Positions 1 through 13,453 of a DNA stretch of 64,000 nucleotides are shown here, in pieces. Source of the stretch: Podarcis vaucheri (taxonomy: Eukaryota); NCBI GenBank assembly GCA_965113315.1, contig OZ220377.1; one strand, 5' to 3'. The notes beneath the pieces were generated by a model. That model did no database searches. It was not told the DNA's origin and was given only the letters and a program-made list of their open reading frames with translations. Positions within the stretch are counted from its first letter, which is position 1, and the number at the start of each line of letters is the position of its first letter. The position numbers were made by a program, and so were the translations under genes.

Positions 1-978
1 ATTGTCAGGTCTTCGACTCATTGTCAGATTGAAGATCTTTTCCCAGACTCATCTGGACCTGCAACAGTTTGAACCTGGGACCTCCTGCCCCCTGACTTAC
101 GGACCTTTCTCGAAGGCTCTCTCCCTGACAGAGGAAGCCCTCCATTTAAAATAGCCAGCTCCTCACAAGAGGAACCCTCTGCTCCCACCCTCAAGCAAGC
201 AAGGTGGAAGGCAATTCAAACAAGAGGTAGTCAAGGATGAAAGAACAGAGAACTTTCCACCAGCTGAGCTCAGCAGATTCCCAGCTGAGCCCCATGCAGT
301 TTAGACTTTGGACCCTACAGAAAAAAATCTCTGGTCAGTGACGAACCTGCCATGCAAAAAACCCCAATAAAAACAAAATAATTGAGCTGTGCACCAGGTT
401 TTGCTTGACCTAAGATTAACTCTGTGTTTGTTTGCAGCTCTGCAAATTCGGGGGGACGGGGACAAAAACACACCCACAACCCTTTAAATTGTGGATTTTT
501 TTAATCTGTCAAAGGGTCACTCGCAGGATTTCCTGGATGAGTCTTTATCATTGGGGGTGGGGTGTTAGAAGAAGAGAAGGAATGAATGGGGAATGAATGG
601 ATTCCAGCCAGGCCTCGCTCTTATCCGTTTTATTGCTATCTTCTCCCATAGTTACACTGGGGTCATTTCAGCGCCACCCGGGACACGACAGACGGCAATT
701 TGGGAGACCCAAAATGTCATCCTAATCTAAATTCCAGCAGGTGACTCCTTTGGGCCTCTCTCGGGGCGGCTTGATACACCAGAGATAAACAAGGTTTGCT
801 TGGATTGACCTGCGTCAGGCTGCAAGGTGGGACGTTCAGCTCCCCACCCCACACCGGCCCTCTGGAATTGAATGCAAGAACTTAAGGATGTAAGAAGAGT
901 CCTGTTGAATCAGCATCTAGTCCAGCATCCTGTTCTCACAGTGGCTGGGCAGATGCATGTGAGAAACCCGCAAGCAGG

Positions 979-1131
979 AATCATAGAATCATAGAGTTGG
1001 AAGAGACCACAAGGGCCATCGAGTCCAACCCCCTGCCAAGCAGGAAACACCATCAGAGCACTCCTGACATATGGTTGTCAAGCCTCTGCTTAAAGACCTC
1101 CAAAGAAGGAGACTCCACCACACTCCTTGGC
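979..1131 (-). mobile_element. CR1 LINE 3' end fragment (other CR1-like fragments at ~13640-14050, ~17790-18150, ~27290-27670, ~43210-43500)
   Basis: Reverse complement of the (ATTCTATG)n tail plus CR1 3' UTR-like sequence. Confidence 0.7.
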
Positions 1132-1882
1132 AGGACACGAACACAAGAATAATCTGCCTACATGTGATTCCTAGAAGTTCCATAGTTTAACTGTGCGGTC
1201 CACAATTGCCACTTGGTCTACAATTCTGAATGTTGTTGCTGTTCTATAGGAGGGATTCAAGAGCATATCGGATTTTCAGGTTTGCACAAATAAAGTGGGT
1301 TAAAGTGCTCTGTCGCCCAAGTACAGCCTAACCGCCCACTTTAAAACAGAAACAAGCGTTTTGCAGTTAGGAAAGCAATGGGAAAATACAATGAAAAGTG
1401 TGGGGTGGATGAAACTAATCGGGATGAATGCTCATGGTTGGGAAACTGCCCCGTAAACAAATGAGAACCACTGCTCAATAAAGACCAGTCTTGGGAGGGC
1501 TGGCTGACCAAAGTTTGGGGCCCAGCTAACAAGGTCAAACTGGAGGGCAGTGGAAGGGCTGAAAGCTGAAGAGAGGGTTTTGATTTTTGTCTGTTTTTAC
1601 AAGATCCGAAGTGGGCTATGAGAGAGGTATCGTTGCCCACCAACCAGCATGCAGAATACAGGCTGATCACTTTTCCTTTTATCTCCATTGGTCAAAGGGC
1701 TAGACATTCATTAAATGAATTTACAAAAGACATTTCAGGGAAAGTGTCTGGAATATACCCCAACAGGCGAGAGGTTGGTATTTGCACCACACAATTTCTA
1801 TCGCAGACCTAGAAGATCATTATTTATGATTGTATCCCATTGTGATCTTATGCAGCTGGCAATAGGAGTGAAGACTCTACTC

Positions 1883-2018
1883 CAGGCATCCCCAAACTCG
1901 GCCCTCCAGATGTTTTGGGACTGCAAATCCCATCATCCCTAGCTAACAGGACCAGTGGTTAGGGATGATGGGAACTGTAGTCCCAAAACATCTGAAGGGC
2001 CAAGTTTGGGGATGCCTG
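1883..2018. mobile_element. Palindromic hAT-type MITE, 136 bp
   Basis: Near-complete fold-back; TSD CTCTACTC/CTCTAATC; copies at 58348-58483 and partial at ~52319-52416. Confidence 0.85.
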
Positions 2019-5000
2019 CTCTAATCCACTGGGGAGTGTAAGGTGATCCATGGTATTAAAATAGGGATATTGCAAGCTGGCCCCTATTGCAACCTGTGAA
2101 GTGATGGAGGATATGGGGAAGTATAACAGTTAAACTTAGGCTATTTGTCCATCTAGGCCAGGGAGGTGCCTTCTGCATGCAAAGCTGGGGCTTTCTGCAT
2201 GCCAGAGACTCTCCCCCCTTAAATACAGATTAAGAAAGCACACAACTTTTAAATGGCAAGCTGGGAATGGAGTTCAGCATTTAGCAAACTTTTGGAAACA
2301 GTCGCCTTAACCCCTGTGGGGTTTGCAGAGTCCTCGCTGGGGCAAAGTCAAGAAAGGAACTATCTTGTTCCTTTTCGAACAGGAAAATGGCATGTTTGAC
2401 CTCCATAGGTCATGAAGCTATAAAACTGGGTTGTATAACTAACTCAAAGCTGCAACTTGAGCTTTGGACTTCTGATTGCTCCAGGCTTAGGAGGGCGGGA
2501 GGGGGAAGAAGGTGGAGATGCCTTTTCAGGAGCAGGACAAACCAGGAGACTCTCCGCTCCAGTCTCAGGCCATTTTCAACCTTTGCCTTCAAAGCTTTTG
2601 CAGGAGAGCCCCAATATCCAAGCTAAAAGATCTGTATCATCTTCCAAAGGGCACTCTCGGTTCACACCAGCAGTGGCACCACAAAAATATGTCAAATGCA
2701 CTTTTTAGTGGTATTCTTCCACCCTTCCCTCCTAAACATATGAAGGAAACCCTCTAGACTTTGCTAGGTTCACATTTAATGGAAGCACATTTCAGGTTGC
2801 AGCTTGGTGGGCCCTGCAATTCCTTAGAGCCCGTCAATCGCTGGGATCTTCCCAAGTTCAGCTTGCTGTACCTATCTTAGATGGCTCTGAAGCAGCCTTT
2901 CCCAGATGTTGTTTGAGTAAAACTCTCATGTTCCCTGAGCAATGGTTCTGCTAGCTAGGGATGATGGGAATTGTAGTCCAACACCCCCTGGGGAATCTAA
3001 GGCTGAGAAAGGTTTCTCTAAAGGGTTGCGAAGACTTATTTTCCAAGAATTTGCCTTTCAGTTGCTACTAGTGTCAAACCTGGAACTAGTAGATCACTAT
3101 AAGCTATATATTAGTTCCAGATTCTGAATCATCAGCTTCTGGGGAGAAACAACAGGGCTGTTGTTTTCCCTGCTTGGAGACTTGCCAGGGGTTTTGACTG
3201 GGCACTATGAAGACTGGATGGAGCTTCGGATCTGACCCACGAGGGCTCTTATTTATTTTGCTGAACATTGTTGGCCACATTTTAGGGCAGTCCCTAAATG
3301 ACAGCACAAAGTACAATATACTATTTTTAAAAATTACAGTCATTTAAAACAGCAGCTGAAAACCTCTGGCACTCCAGCACACTGGTATAAAGACCTAGCT
3401 TAAATAATTAAGGAACAATTTAATAATCCACAGCAGTAAAACACTTTAACAACACATGCACAAAAAAATTCTGCCCAGCATCCCAGTTAAAAGCAGCTTG
3501 AAATAAATTGAGCGTGAGAACCATTTAAAGGCCAATGCTGATGTCTCTTGGGAGTGTGTTCCACAGGTATTGGACCTGCCAATCTGACTGATCTTAAAAG
3601 AAGGGCCTGCAAGGAGGACTTCTGAGGCTGATGTCAAGGCCTTGGCAGACTCATATAGAAGCAGGTTGACTTTCACATCGCCCATTTCCAAACCATTTGG
3701 GGTTTAAAATCAGAAAGAATTTAGAGGAACTCCCTATTAGCTTTCAAGAAATCCTAGGGTTTCCCCAGAATACTGTTTGAAAGCCAATGCAGTACAAGGC
3801 TGTTGGGGATGAGTCATAGCTCAGTGGGTAGAGCATCTGCTTTGCATACCAAAGGTCCCCAGTTTGAACCCCGGCAACTCCAGGTAGAGCTGGGAATGCT
3901 CCCATCTAAAGCCCTTAGGAGATGCTGCCAGGCAGTGTGGACAATGCTGAGCTAAATGGACCAGTGATCTTAACACAGTAGAAGCTTGTTATGGACACTG
4001 ACACAGGATGGAAACATGTTCCTAGTTAAGTCACAGCGGACTTGCTTTCACTAGGAAAGATTAATTCACCAAGTTGTAATTCCTTGAAGGTATGGGATTC
4101 ACAAGGCCAACAGTGTCACCTGAGCAGATCCCGGCAGAATGCCAAGAACCAAGAAACACAATCATTTGAATCACAGAATAAGGTGCACAGGAGAGATGGG
4201 GAGCCTGTGGCTCTCCAATATCCCTTAGAATATAACTCCCATCATTGCTGAACTTTGGTATGTTAGCTGCAGTTCTACCCACAGAGCAACAACTTTAAAA
4301 GCCACTACCCTTAGCTTTCAAAGAAGGCCTATGTTGCTCTGATGCGCCCTGTTGCTTCTTAGGTGATAATAAATCATTCCTCCAGCTGATAAGCTAAGTG
4401 GCCTCACCTTGAAACAATTCACAGGGGAGTCTATAAAAAGGGCTGTCTTGCAAACAGAACAACAAGGCGAGCAGCTCAATAAAAGCTGATTCAGGGCAAG
4501 GAGGGAAAAAACACCTCCACCTTTTAAAAAGGCTGTTAAAGCCCATTCCCCACAAACGTGAGGCTGCCAAAAGAAAAGAAGAGTTAGGAATCAGTCATCT
4601 GTGTGATATTGCTTTGAGAACTCTGCTCTCAGGCTTGCATTTGAAATCCCAAGCAAAGTCACAACCACACATTTAAAGTGCTCTTACACCACTTTATGGC
4701 TCCCCCCCCCAAAAAAAAAACACACACCATGAGAACAGTTGAATCAGGGTGCTAACCTCAGAGCTGGAATTCTCAGCATCCTTAATAAACTAGAGTTCCC
4801 AGGACTCTCTACAACTGTTTGAGTGGTATAAAAGTGCATTGAATGTATGGTGTGTATCCAAGTTGCTAGTCCTTAGGACATCATTAGAACGAAGTTCGAG
4901 AAACAGTGCAAGATGCAGCTCATAACAGTTCAGTACCTGGAAAGGGGCTTTGGAATTCCTCCACTACTCTGGGCATTTATCCTAAACTGCTCTTTGCTGA

Positions 5001-5409
5001 CCTCCTCTGCCTTGCACCATAACTGCCTTTTCTACTCTTACCTTCATCTGGCAGCAGCACAGAGGCAGCCAGGTAGGGAAGAATCTGCAGTGCATTCAAG
5101 GTATGCACTGTTGGGCTTCCTGTCTCAATCTTCCGATATTTGATTCTTATCTCTGCCAATATATCTCAGGGCAGGATCCAACAAAGCCATTGGCCATGCT
5201 GCCTGTGACTGATCTCAGCTGTAGTCCAAAACATCTAGGGCTAGAGGTTGGTGAAGGCTGTAACAGACCCAACAGCAGAAAGGAAGTGTCAATTGCAATC
5301 CACCAAAACAAAACAGCTTCCTTGAAAAAGCAGGGTTTGACTGGCAAAGAGCAAGCTAAACGTGTCTACAGAGAGAAACATCCCTGGTGTCATCACCAAA
5401 AAGGCTAGG

Positions 5410-6110
5410 TTCTGTCAAACCAAGGTAAATTATAAATTTAGGGCCAAGTCCATGTGTTTTAATAACACCAATTAAGTGAGACACAGTCTAATACCTTAAA
5501 AATTCCCAAAGACAGAATAATCACAGGACTGTGAGCCACTTGGGATGTATAACATTTAGAAGTTTCCAAATAAGGCTTGTTATCCTCTGCCAAGGGAATA
5601 AGCCAGCTTGATCCAATGTGTTTTGCAATAAAGAATTTTAAACATTTCACCAACCAGAGGTAAATATTTTTGAAACCCACAATGAGTAAAAAAAACAAAA
5701 CTGGATGAAAGATCCAACTAAGATCTTTAAAGGGTTTCTGAATAACCACAATACAAGACTGCTTCTAAGTTTGCTAGTTGTGGGAGCAGCACACCCTTAA
5801 ACATTCTGAAAAAGGAAGCTGTATAACCATCTAGGCTAGGAGCCTGGCCTGATTTAAGATGCTTAATCGTTTCCAAAATCTCCTTTGTGGTTATGCAGTG
5901 CTCAAGAATGTTCCTGCTCACCTCCCTGCGCTGAGATATTTACACAGTATCCCAAAAAATGTTGTCTTGGCTGGGGGAGGCAAACAGGAACCATACAAAC
6001 TGTTATAAACATTGGCAAACTCCTCAGAGTTTGCCAACTGTATTTCACTCCTGACTATTTAAACATATTTAAATAGATTTTCCCGTTATCTCTGAAACTC
6101 CAGTTTTATT
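5410..6110 (-). mobile_element. Degraded L1/Tx1-like ORF2 fragment
   Basis: ITTKEILETIKHLKSGQAPSLDGYTASFFRMFKGVLLPQL resembles the KAPGPDG motif preceding the reverse transcriptase domain. Confidence 0.7.
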
Positions 6111-6894
6111 TTTTATGTATTTATTTGCCATTAAATATGAACCCTCCATATTCATAAAATCTGTGTTTCTAGTGGAGCAGATCAACAAGTTTGATTCATC
6201 TCTAGTACTTCCTGTTCTTTCTGTTTACATTCAAGTTGTTTGTACATCTGACAAGAGCCAGTGACTTTACAAACTTGTTCAAGGTCCTGAATATTTTTTC
6301 CCCAGTGTTTTGTGTCTGACCCGCAAACCACCCCCTTTTCAAAGTAAGTGAACCCATCGTGCACTCCTAACGATAAACGGAAGCTGGTTCACTGACTTGG
6401 CAACACTTTTTCAAGTTAAGAGACAGAGCAAGAGGCAATACTTTTATTTGGAGAAACCAGATTTATTTTTTTTAAGAGGCAAACTGTTGAGTCATAGGAC
6501 TTTTCTTCAGATGTTGGGAATTGGGTTGGGTGGTTGCCTCGCTCGGCTGTTTGCCTGGACAGATCTGCTTTAGTCACAGCACAAAACAGCAGAAGTTAGG
6601 CAAAACAGACACTGTAAGATAACAAAAAATGCATTCTGCCAAAATGGAAATCACACATAGTCCAAATTAGCAATATATAAATTATGGTACTCCTACCGAA
6701 AAAGGGAGGGGGGAAGGGAGGAGGGAGAGAGTAAAACCTAGAATTGGATATATTTTAGCTCAGAGCAGGCATCACACGCAACCAGATATTGTGCCAAGTC
6801 TAGTATAATATACAAACTATGGCTGAAACTTTGAAAACATTCAACAGAAGTCGAATAGTTGCAGTTTCCTAAATTTACTCCCATCTCCATAGTA

Positions 6895-7120
6895 CAGTGG
6901 TACCTCAGGTTAAGAAATTAATTCGTTCTGGAGGTCTGTTCTTAACCTGAAACTGTTCTTAACCTGAAGCACCACTTTAGCTAATGGGGCCTCCTGCTAC
7001 TGCTGCGCCACCACTGCACGATTTCTGTTCTCATCCTGAAGCAAAGTTCTTAAACCAAGGTAATATTTCTGGGTTAGCAGAGTCTGTAACCTGAAACGTA
7101 TGTAACCCAAGGTACCACTG
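6895..7120. mobile_element. Tc1/mariner (Tigger-like) MITE
   Basis: TIRs CAGTGGTACCT...GGTACCACTG; TA TSD; similar copy at 61823-62064. Confidence 0.9.
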
Positions 7121-7940
7121 TATAGGAGCTTTGGGAGATGAAGGAACAGTCATAAATATGGCATGTCAATTCGTTCCAAACCACCATTAAGTTTCCCAAA
7201 CCATGGTTGGCTTGTTTGTTTTACTTCATAAAATTTATATACCACTTGATTGTAGATAAAATCTCAAAGGGGTGTACAAAAAAGATACTATAAAACAATA
7301 AAATCGTCACTTAAAAAATTACAATAATTTACAGAAGGTTAAAACCACAATAGAGGTTAGGTGTGATGTCTGAACAGTCATAGTTTATCCACCCTGATTA
7401 TTGCAAAATTCTGAAAATGGGATACTTTCTTCCCTCGGTCCCATAACAGCAAGGACATAAACATCTGTCATATGACCAGGCCTTTTTGTCAGCTAGAACT
7501 CAGTTCCGGCACTGCTCAGGTGGGTGCTATTGCCATTATAAGAAAACAAGGAAGGCGTTCATAGTGATTTCCAGCACCTCTTTTTCTAGAAAAATAGCAC
7601 TATATATGACAGTAGCCAAACTATGTGGGAATAGATGGGGGATGTGATATAACTGAAGTCTACCTCAGACTGCCACGGACTAGCAGGAATGGAGCTCTGG
7701 AAACAGGTCATGTGACAAATATGGAAACGTAAAGGAAGGCCCCCTAACCCTCGGTTTCTGAATCCTCATATTGGGAGAGGAGGAAGGGTTGTTTTTGTTC
7801 ATTTAATTAATTATTTTAATTATCTAGAACTTTCTGATTAAATTTATTAGTTGCCTGGCAACCCAGGTTTTCTGACCAACCAATAATTTAGAGCCACTAA
7901 AATCCAATAAAGAAGGTGACTGCATATAGGAAGGGCAAAG

Positions 7941-7983
7941 TTTATTAGTGATTTATTATTATCAAGCACATAACCCATTTATT
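7941..7983 (-). terminator. Candidate HEATR6 polyadenylation signals
   Basis: Three AATAAA hexamers on the minus strand (plus-strand TTTATT at 7941, 7952, 7978), about 400-450 nt after the stop codon. Confidence 0.5.
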
Positions 7984-8386
7984 TTTTATCAGAACAGAGT
8001 TGGCGACTGAGAATCTTACTTACCAGGTTCTTTCTATTTGGTCTGAATTTGTGTCTGGCATTTAATTCCCCTTTTCCCTGACAGTACTGGACACTCCACT
8101 ATCCCTTCCCTTTCCTTTAATGCCTGTATCTTCCACTATCACGCTCCCCACTTGGGGAAAGAGTTCTTAGGAACCTGAAAGTCTGCCCCATCCATGTCAA
8201 AGTGCACTGACTCGTCTACAGAAAGGGGCTTGATTTTACTTGCTGTGTGCTGCTCCTGCTTCTGAGGGAACAAGGCAGCCCTGTCTAAGCCCCCTACAGG
8301 AAGGCTCAAGGCAGTTTTCTATTGCCAACAGCAAAGCTGTCTTTTGTGGCACCCAAGAAGATGCCCTCTGCTTAGGCCACACTCCT

Positions 8387-8940
8387 TTAAGCTTCCGAGA
8401 GTCCTGTGGCACTGTTGTGGGCTTCCAATATGTCTTCTAGATAAGCTACTGTCCCCCTTTTCTTCGGGCATCCTTCCAACAGCTCCTCGATACTCCGCAC
8501 ATGCTCAACAGCCCTTTCCAGGAATTTGCTCCTTTCGGGAAAGTTCTCACCTATCCCCACTTCCTCTTCGGAAACTCCAGATTTCAAATACTGCAACATG
8601 TAAGATCCAATTACTTCTCCATGCTCAGCCACCGACTTTTCGATGGCCGGCAGGTCCACCTCGTCTGCCAGGCTCAGCAAATGGAGCAGAGCGTGACAGA
8701 GCTGCGTCCGCAGGCTGGCGCTGTACTTGAACTCCAGGAAGTCTTGGGCTTCCTCGCTTCTCTGCAAGGCCACAACCAACGCACTCCAGATCTGGGAGAA
8801 CTGCTCAGGGGTCCCGTAGCGCTTCCTTTCGGCTGGCACCGAGAGGGCTGCGGCTGATTTGATGCGGACTTTGAAATTCTTGCAGGACTTGACAACAGAG
8901 GTAAGGGCGTTATAGGCTTGGGCGGTCCAAAGGGCTTCCC
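8387..8940 (-). CDS. HEATR6: HEATR6 exon 20 (last coding exon, TAA stop)
   Basis: tag|GG+EALWTAQAYNALTSVVKSCKNFKVRIKSAAALSVP...GLSEA*; 554 nt; total CDS 3507 nt = 1168 aa. Confidence 0.96.
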
Positions 8941-9410
8941 CTAAAAGAATTGGAAGCAGGAACAAGCAAGGGTCAGGAGACTGGATAAGGTGCTTCACAG
9001 CCACAATGTGCCAAAAATCTAAGAGACAGGTGGGCTGTTTTGGGGGCTTTTCTTACTCACAGTATGTAGAATTGCTGTAATAAATGTCTAGCTATTGTTG
9101 CTAGAGAAATGACAGCTGCGCTGGCTGCCAATCAGCTACCAGGCCATGTTCAAGGTCCTGTTGTTACCATATAAAGGCCTGAACAATTCAGGATCAGATT
9201 ACCTGAAAGACCACCTGCCCATGTTCACTTAGATCACCAGTCTTCAACTGGTGGGTCAGAACCCACTAGTAGCCTGTGGCCTGATCCAACGTGGGTTACG
9301 ACAGGAGCACTACCACAATGCAAAAATATGGTAAAAGGTTGAAATGGGTCCCAAAATGCATTTGGGGGTTAAAAGTGGGTCCTGGGTATGAAAAGATTGA
9401 AGATACCAAC

Positions 9411-10165
9411 TGTCAGGGGTTCAGGAGCAGAGGCAAGGGCAAGGGAGGAAACAGAGAGCGAGGGGGAGGAGGCAGAAGAAAGGATGAGTGATGACGACGA
9501 CCCGAGATCTCTGAGTCTTTCCAGTGAATCAGAAGATTCACAGAAAGGAGCACCAGTGGCCAGGGCAAGGGGGGAGCCTAGGGGGACACCCCAGGGAGAT
9601 AGAGCCAGAGGGGACTCAGAGGAGAGCAGTTGGAAATCGGGACCAGCGTCACCGCCAGAGAGCAGGGAAAAGGAAGAGAGCCAGGGATCAAGCGCTGGCA
9701 GCTCACAACAGGAGGGAGGGCACGAGTCAGGAGTGGCCACACCTCCATCAGGGAGCGAAGAAACGGTCAGACGGAAAGTGGAAGGTTGGGCGCGCGCGCC
9801 AAGTTCAAATGCACAGGAAGGTGGCGCAGTAAGCAGCCCGGAAAGGGAGCCAGGTCCTAAAGCCCGGCGCAAGGAGACAGAAGGGTCCGGGGGGTCAGCG
9901 TCAGAAGAGTCCCGGAAGGAAGAGACCCCGGGGGGCAGAGGGACCCAGAGAAGAACAGTCAGGCGGAAAAGGTGGAGTAAGGCTAGGATATTAAGTTGGT
10001 GTACAGGAGGCGGGGACCCAGACAGAGCTTCGCCGATCTAACCATAAGACGTAGAGTTGCACGCAGCAGCTTGAGAATGGGAACTGTACTCAATAAAGAC
10101 TTTTACTAAATGATCGCTGGCTAGCGTGATCCTCTGTGAGCTAGGATCGGGGAGCAACTCTGACA
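9411..10165 (+). mobile_element. Solo LTR (Gypsy or BEL-like), 755 bp, in HEATR6 intron 19
   Basis: Termini TGTCAG...CTGACA; perfect 5-bp TSD CCAAC (9406-9410, 10166-10170); AATAAA at 10092. Confidence 0.88.
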
Positions 10166-10780
10166 CCAACTTATATCACCAGGGAGAAATTCTACTCATG
10201 CGGCACTGCACGCTACGGAGTATCATAGGGTGGTGACCTGAAAACAGACATTATCTGTTACTGCCCCTGTACTTCTGCCATATGAGAAGCAGCAATTGCC
10301 AGTTGCTTCAGCTGTTTTGTGAAGACTTTACCATTTTTGCTGGGGCTTTCTCTGGCCTATAAGACCAGGCCCTGATTTATTTGCCTTCATGAGGTTTATA
10401 ATTTTTTTTTTTAATGTATAATGTTTTCATATTGTACGTAGCGTACATGGCTTAAGAGATTCTCAGACTATTAAGTGGTTTTGAAATACTTTTAAGTAAA
10501 ATAAAAATGCAATGAATAAATGGAATTTCAGAGGCAGCGTGCCACTGAGTAGCGACAACAGGAGTGGGGGTCCTTTTAGAAATACTTTGAGCCTTGATAA
10601 TGGGTTTCAAAGAGGCATCCAATTGGCCACTGTTGGAAGCAGAACAAGATCCTCAGTATGATACAACAGGGGTTTCCTTGGATTCTTACACCATACTGCC
10701 TGTGATCTGTAGACCAGGTGCCTTGAAGAGACAAGAAGGGAAATCTTTGCCAATATCCACTCAAAGGACACATGATCCTA

Positions 10781-11179
<399 letters not shown>

Positions 11180-12435
11180 TCACTGTCTTGGGCCTTTAGG
11201 TGAGTTAGCATCAGAAACAGGACCTTCTCGGTGGTAGCGCTGTAGGTATGGAATACCCTCCATTTGAAAATCTACCCAGCTGCCTTTGTGGCTTCTTTTC
11301 ATTGTGAGTTAAAAACAGGTTTCCCCAACTACTGCTGGTTTTGTGTTTTAGATTGCTACTTTTAATTTACTTTTGTGTGTGTTTTAAAGAGCTTGGCTTT
11401 ATTATATGTGTTTGCAAAGCCACACCAAGCACCTATGAGCTGGAGTAGAAATAATAGTTTCACACTCCATCTGTGCATCATGCGAAGTCTGGGAAGCAGC
11501 TTCATTCCATGTTCCTTAAACTGAGGAGTGCACATATTGAACCAGGTTCAAATTGCAATTTGGCCCCAGAACTTTTCGGAATAACCACTCTCAAGTGAAA
11601 CTACCCCATAATGTTGCTAAGAATGTAGAGGGGAGATAAATGTTTCAGAGGGACAGCCACGTCAGTCTGCTGCAGCGAAACAAGAAGTCGCATAGCATTT
11701 ATTTTTGTAAACCTCTTTTTTCTGTAACAATCAAGAAGTATATAAATTTTGATAAATAAAAAGAAATCTAAACACTAACAAATTTATTACGGCATAAGCT
11801 TTGTGAATTACAAGCCAGTTTGTTTATTTGACAAGACTCATATACTGCTCAAACAACAAAAACATCCAAGCACCTAAGAACAGAAGAAGTTCACTTTAAC
11901 TCTGATGAAGTGTTAATTTTAAACTCATAAAAGCTTATGTCACAGTAAATTTGTATTTCAGGTGCCACAAAGGCTGAAAAGATGGGAAATAAAGAAGCCA
12001 CAAAACCTGCCCCCTTGTGGCAAGAGGTCATGTGCAGAAGTGCAGCACCAGACTTCACATTCCCCTGAAAAGAACCGATCTGGAGCTTGCTTACAATCAT
12101 AGTTGCTTACCTCTCCGACAATGCAAAATCCAAGCTGGAGGCAGGAAACATCTTGAGGAAAATGTACTACATTTCCCAAAACACTCCAGCACTTAGTCTA
12201 TGTGGGATGACAACTACAGGTCCTGCTTTCAACTGCAAAGTCTCACCACTTCAGCCAGCCAGAGTGACATCACTGCCTGCTATGAATGCACTGGTCATTC
12301 CAATGCACTCCTGTTCTGGTCCTGGCTGAATGGTTAAGTGGATACCTCAATGCGTCTAAATAACGAAACACATTATACCAACTCTGGAACTCTTGGCACT
12401 CCCAGTATTTCAAGTGTGTCTGAATCCAAGAGCTA

Positions 12436-12702
<267 letters not shown>

Positions 12703-12897
12703 TTAGCATCAGACAAAACAGCCGTGCCCTTGAATTGGCCATTTCAAATTGTGGGAAGGGAATCCATGATTAAATTAGGAATCTATTGATTGTTCTTTTA
12801 CATACTTCTACTTACTGCTTTTTTTAAAAGTAAGAAATGAGTGATGTAAATTGAAGTCCCAGAATCAGATTCATTATGGACTACCTGCCCAATTCCT

Positions 12898-12901
<4 letters not shown>

Positions 12902-12941
<40 letters not shown>
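12902..12941. repeat. (AC)n microsatellite
   Basis: About 20 perfect units. Confidence 0.95.
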
Positions 12942-12944
<3 letters not shown>

Positions 12945-13231
12945 TGCATTAGGACAAAACAGCAGTATCAAAAACTAGGCTCTGGTACAGGCAGGTAGTA
13001 GAATTTATAACGCCACTGGGGCAACAGCACACAAATAGGCTTGTGTACCAAAACCCATCTTGAAGGTTGGTATCTGGATCAAACCACTAAAGGGAGAGGT
13101 CAGGGCCTTCTTTGTGGTGACTCATCAGCTTTAGAACTCCCCCCCCCAGGTGTTATTTTTTCGGCGCTGAATAGAACCTTTCCCCATTTCCCAAAACTTG
13201 TTTCTTTTAAATTTTGATTTTATGGGATTCA

Positions 13232-13453
<222 letters not shown>

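Noticed and set aside
1-6860. Exons or 3' end of a neighbouring gene at the left edge
   Set aside because: No recognisable coding exon; some UTR-like or enhancer-like tracts (~480-830, ~4320-4620, ~6180-6860) cannot be assigned from sequence alone
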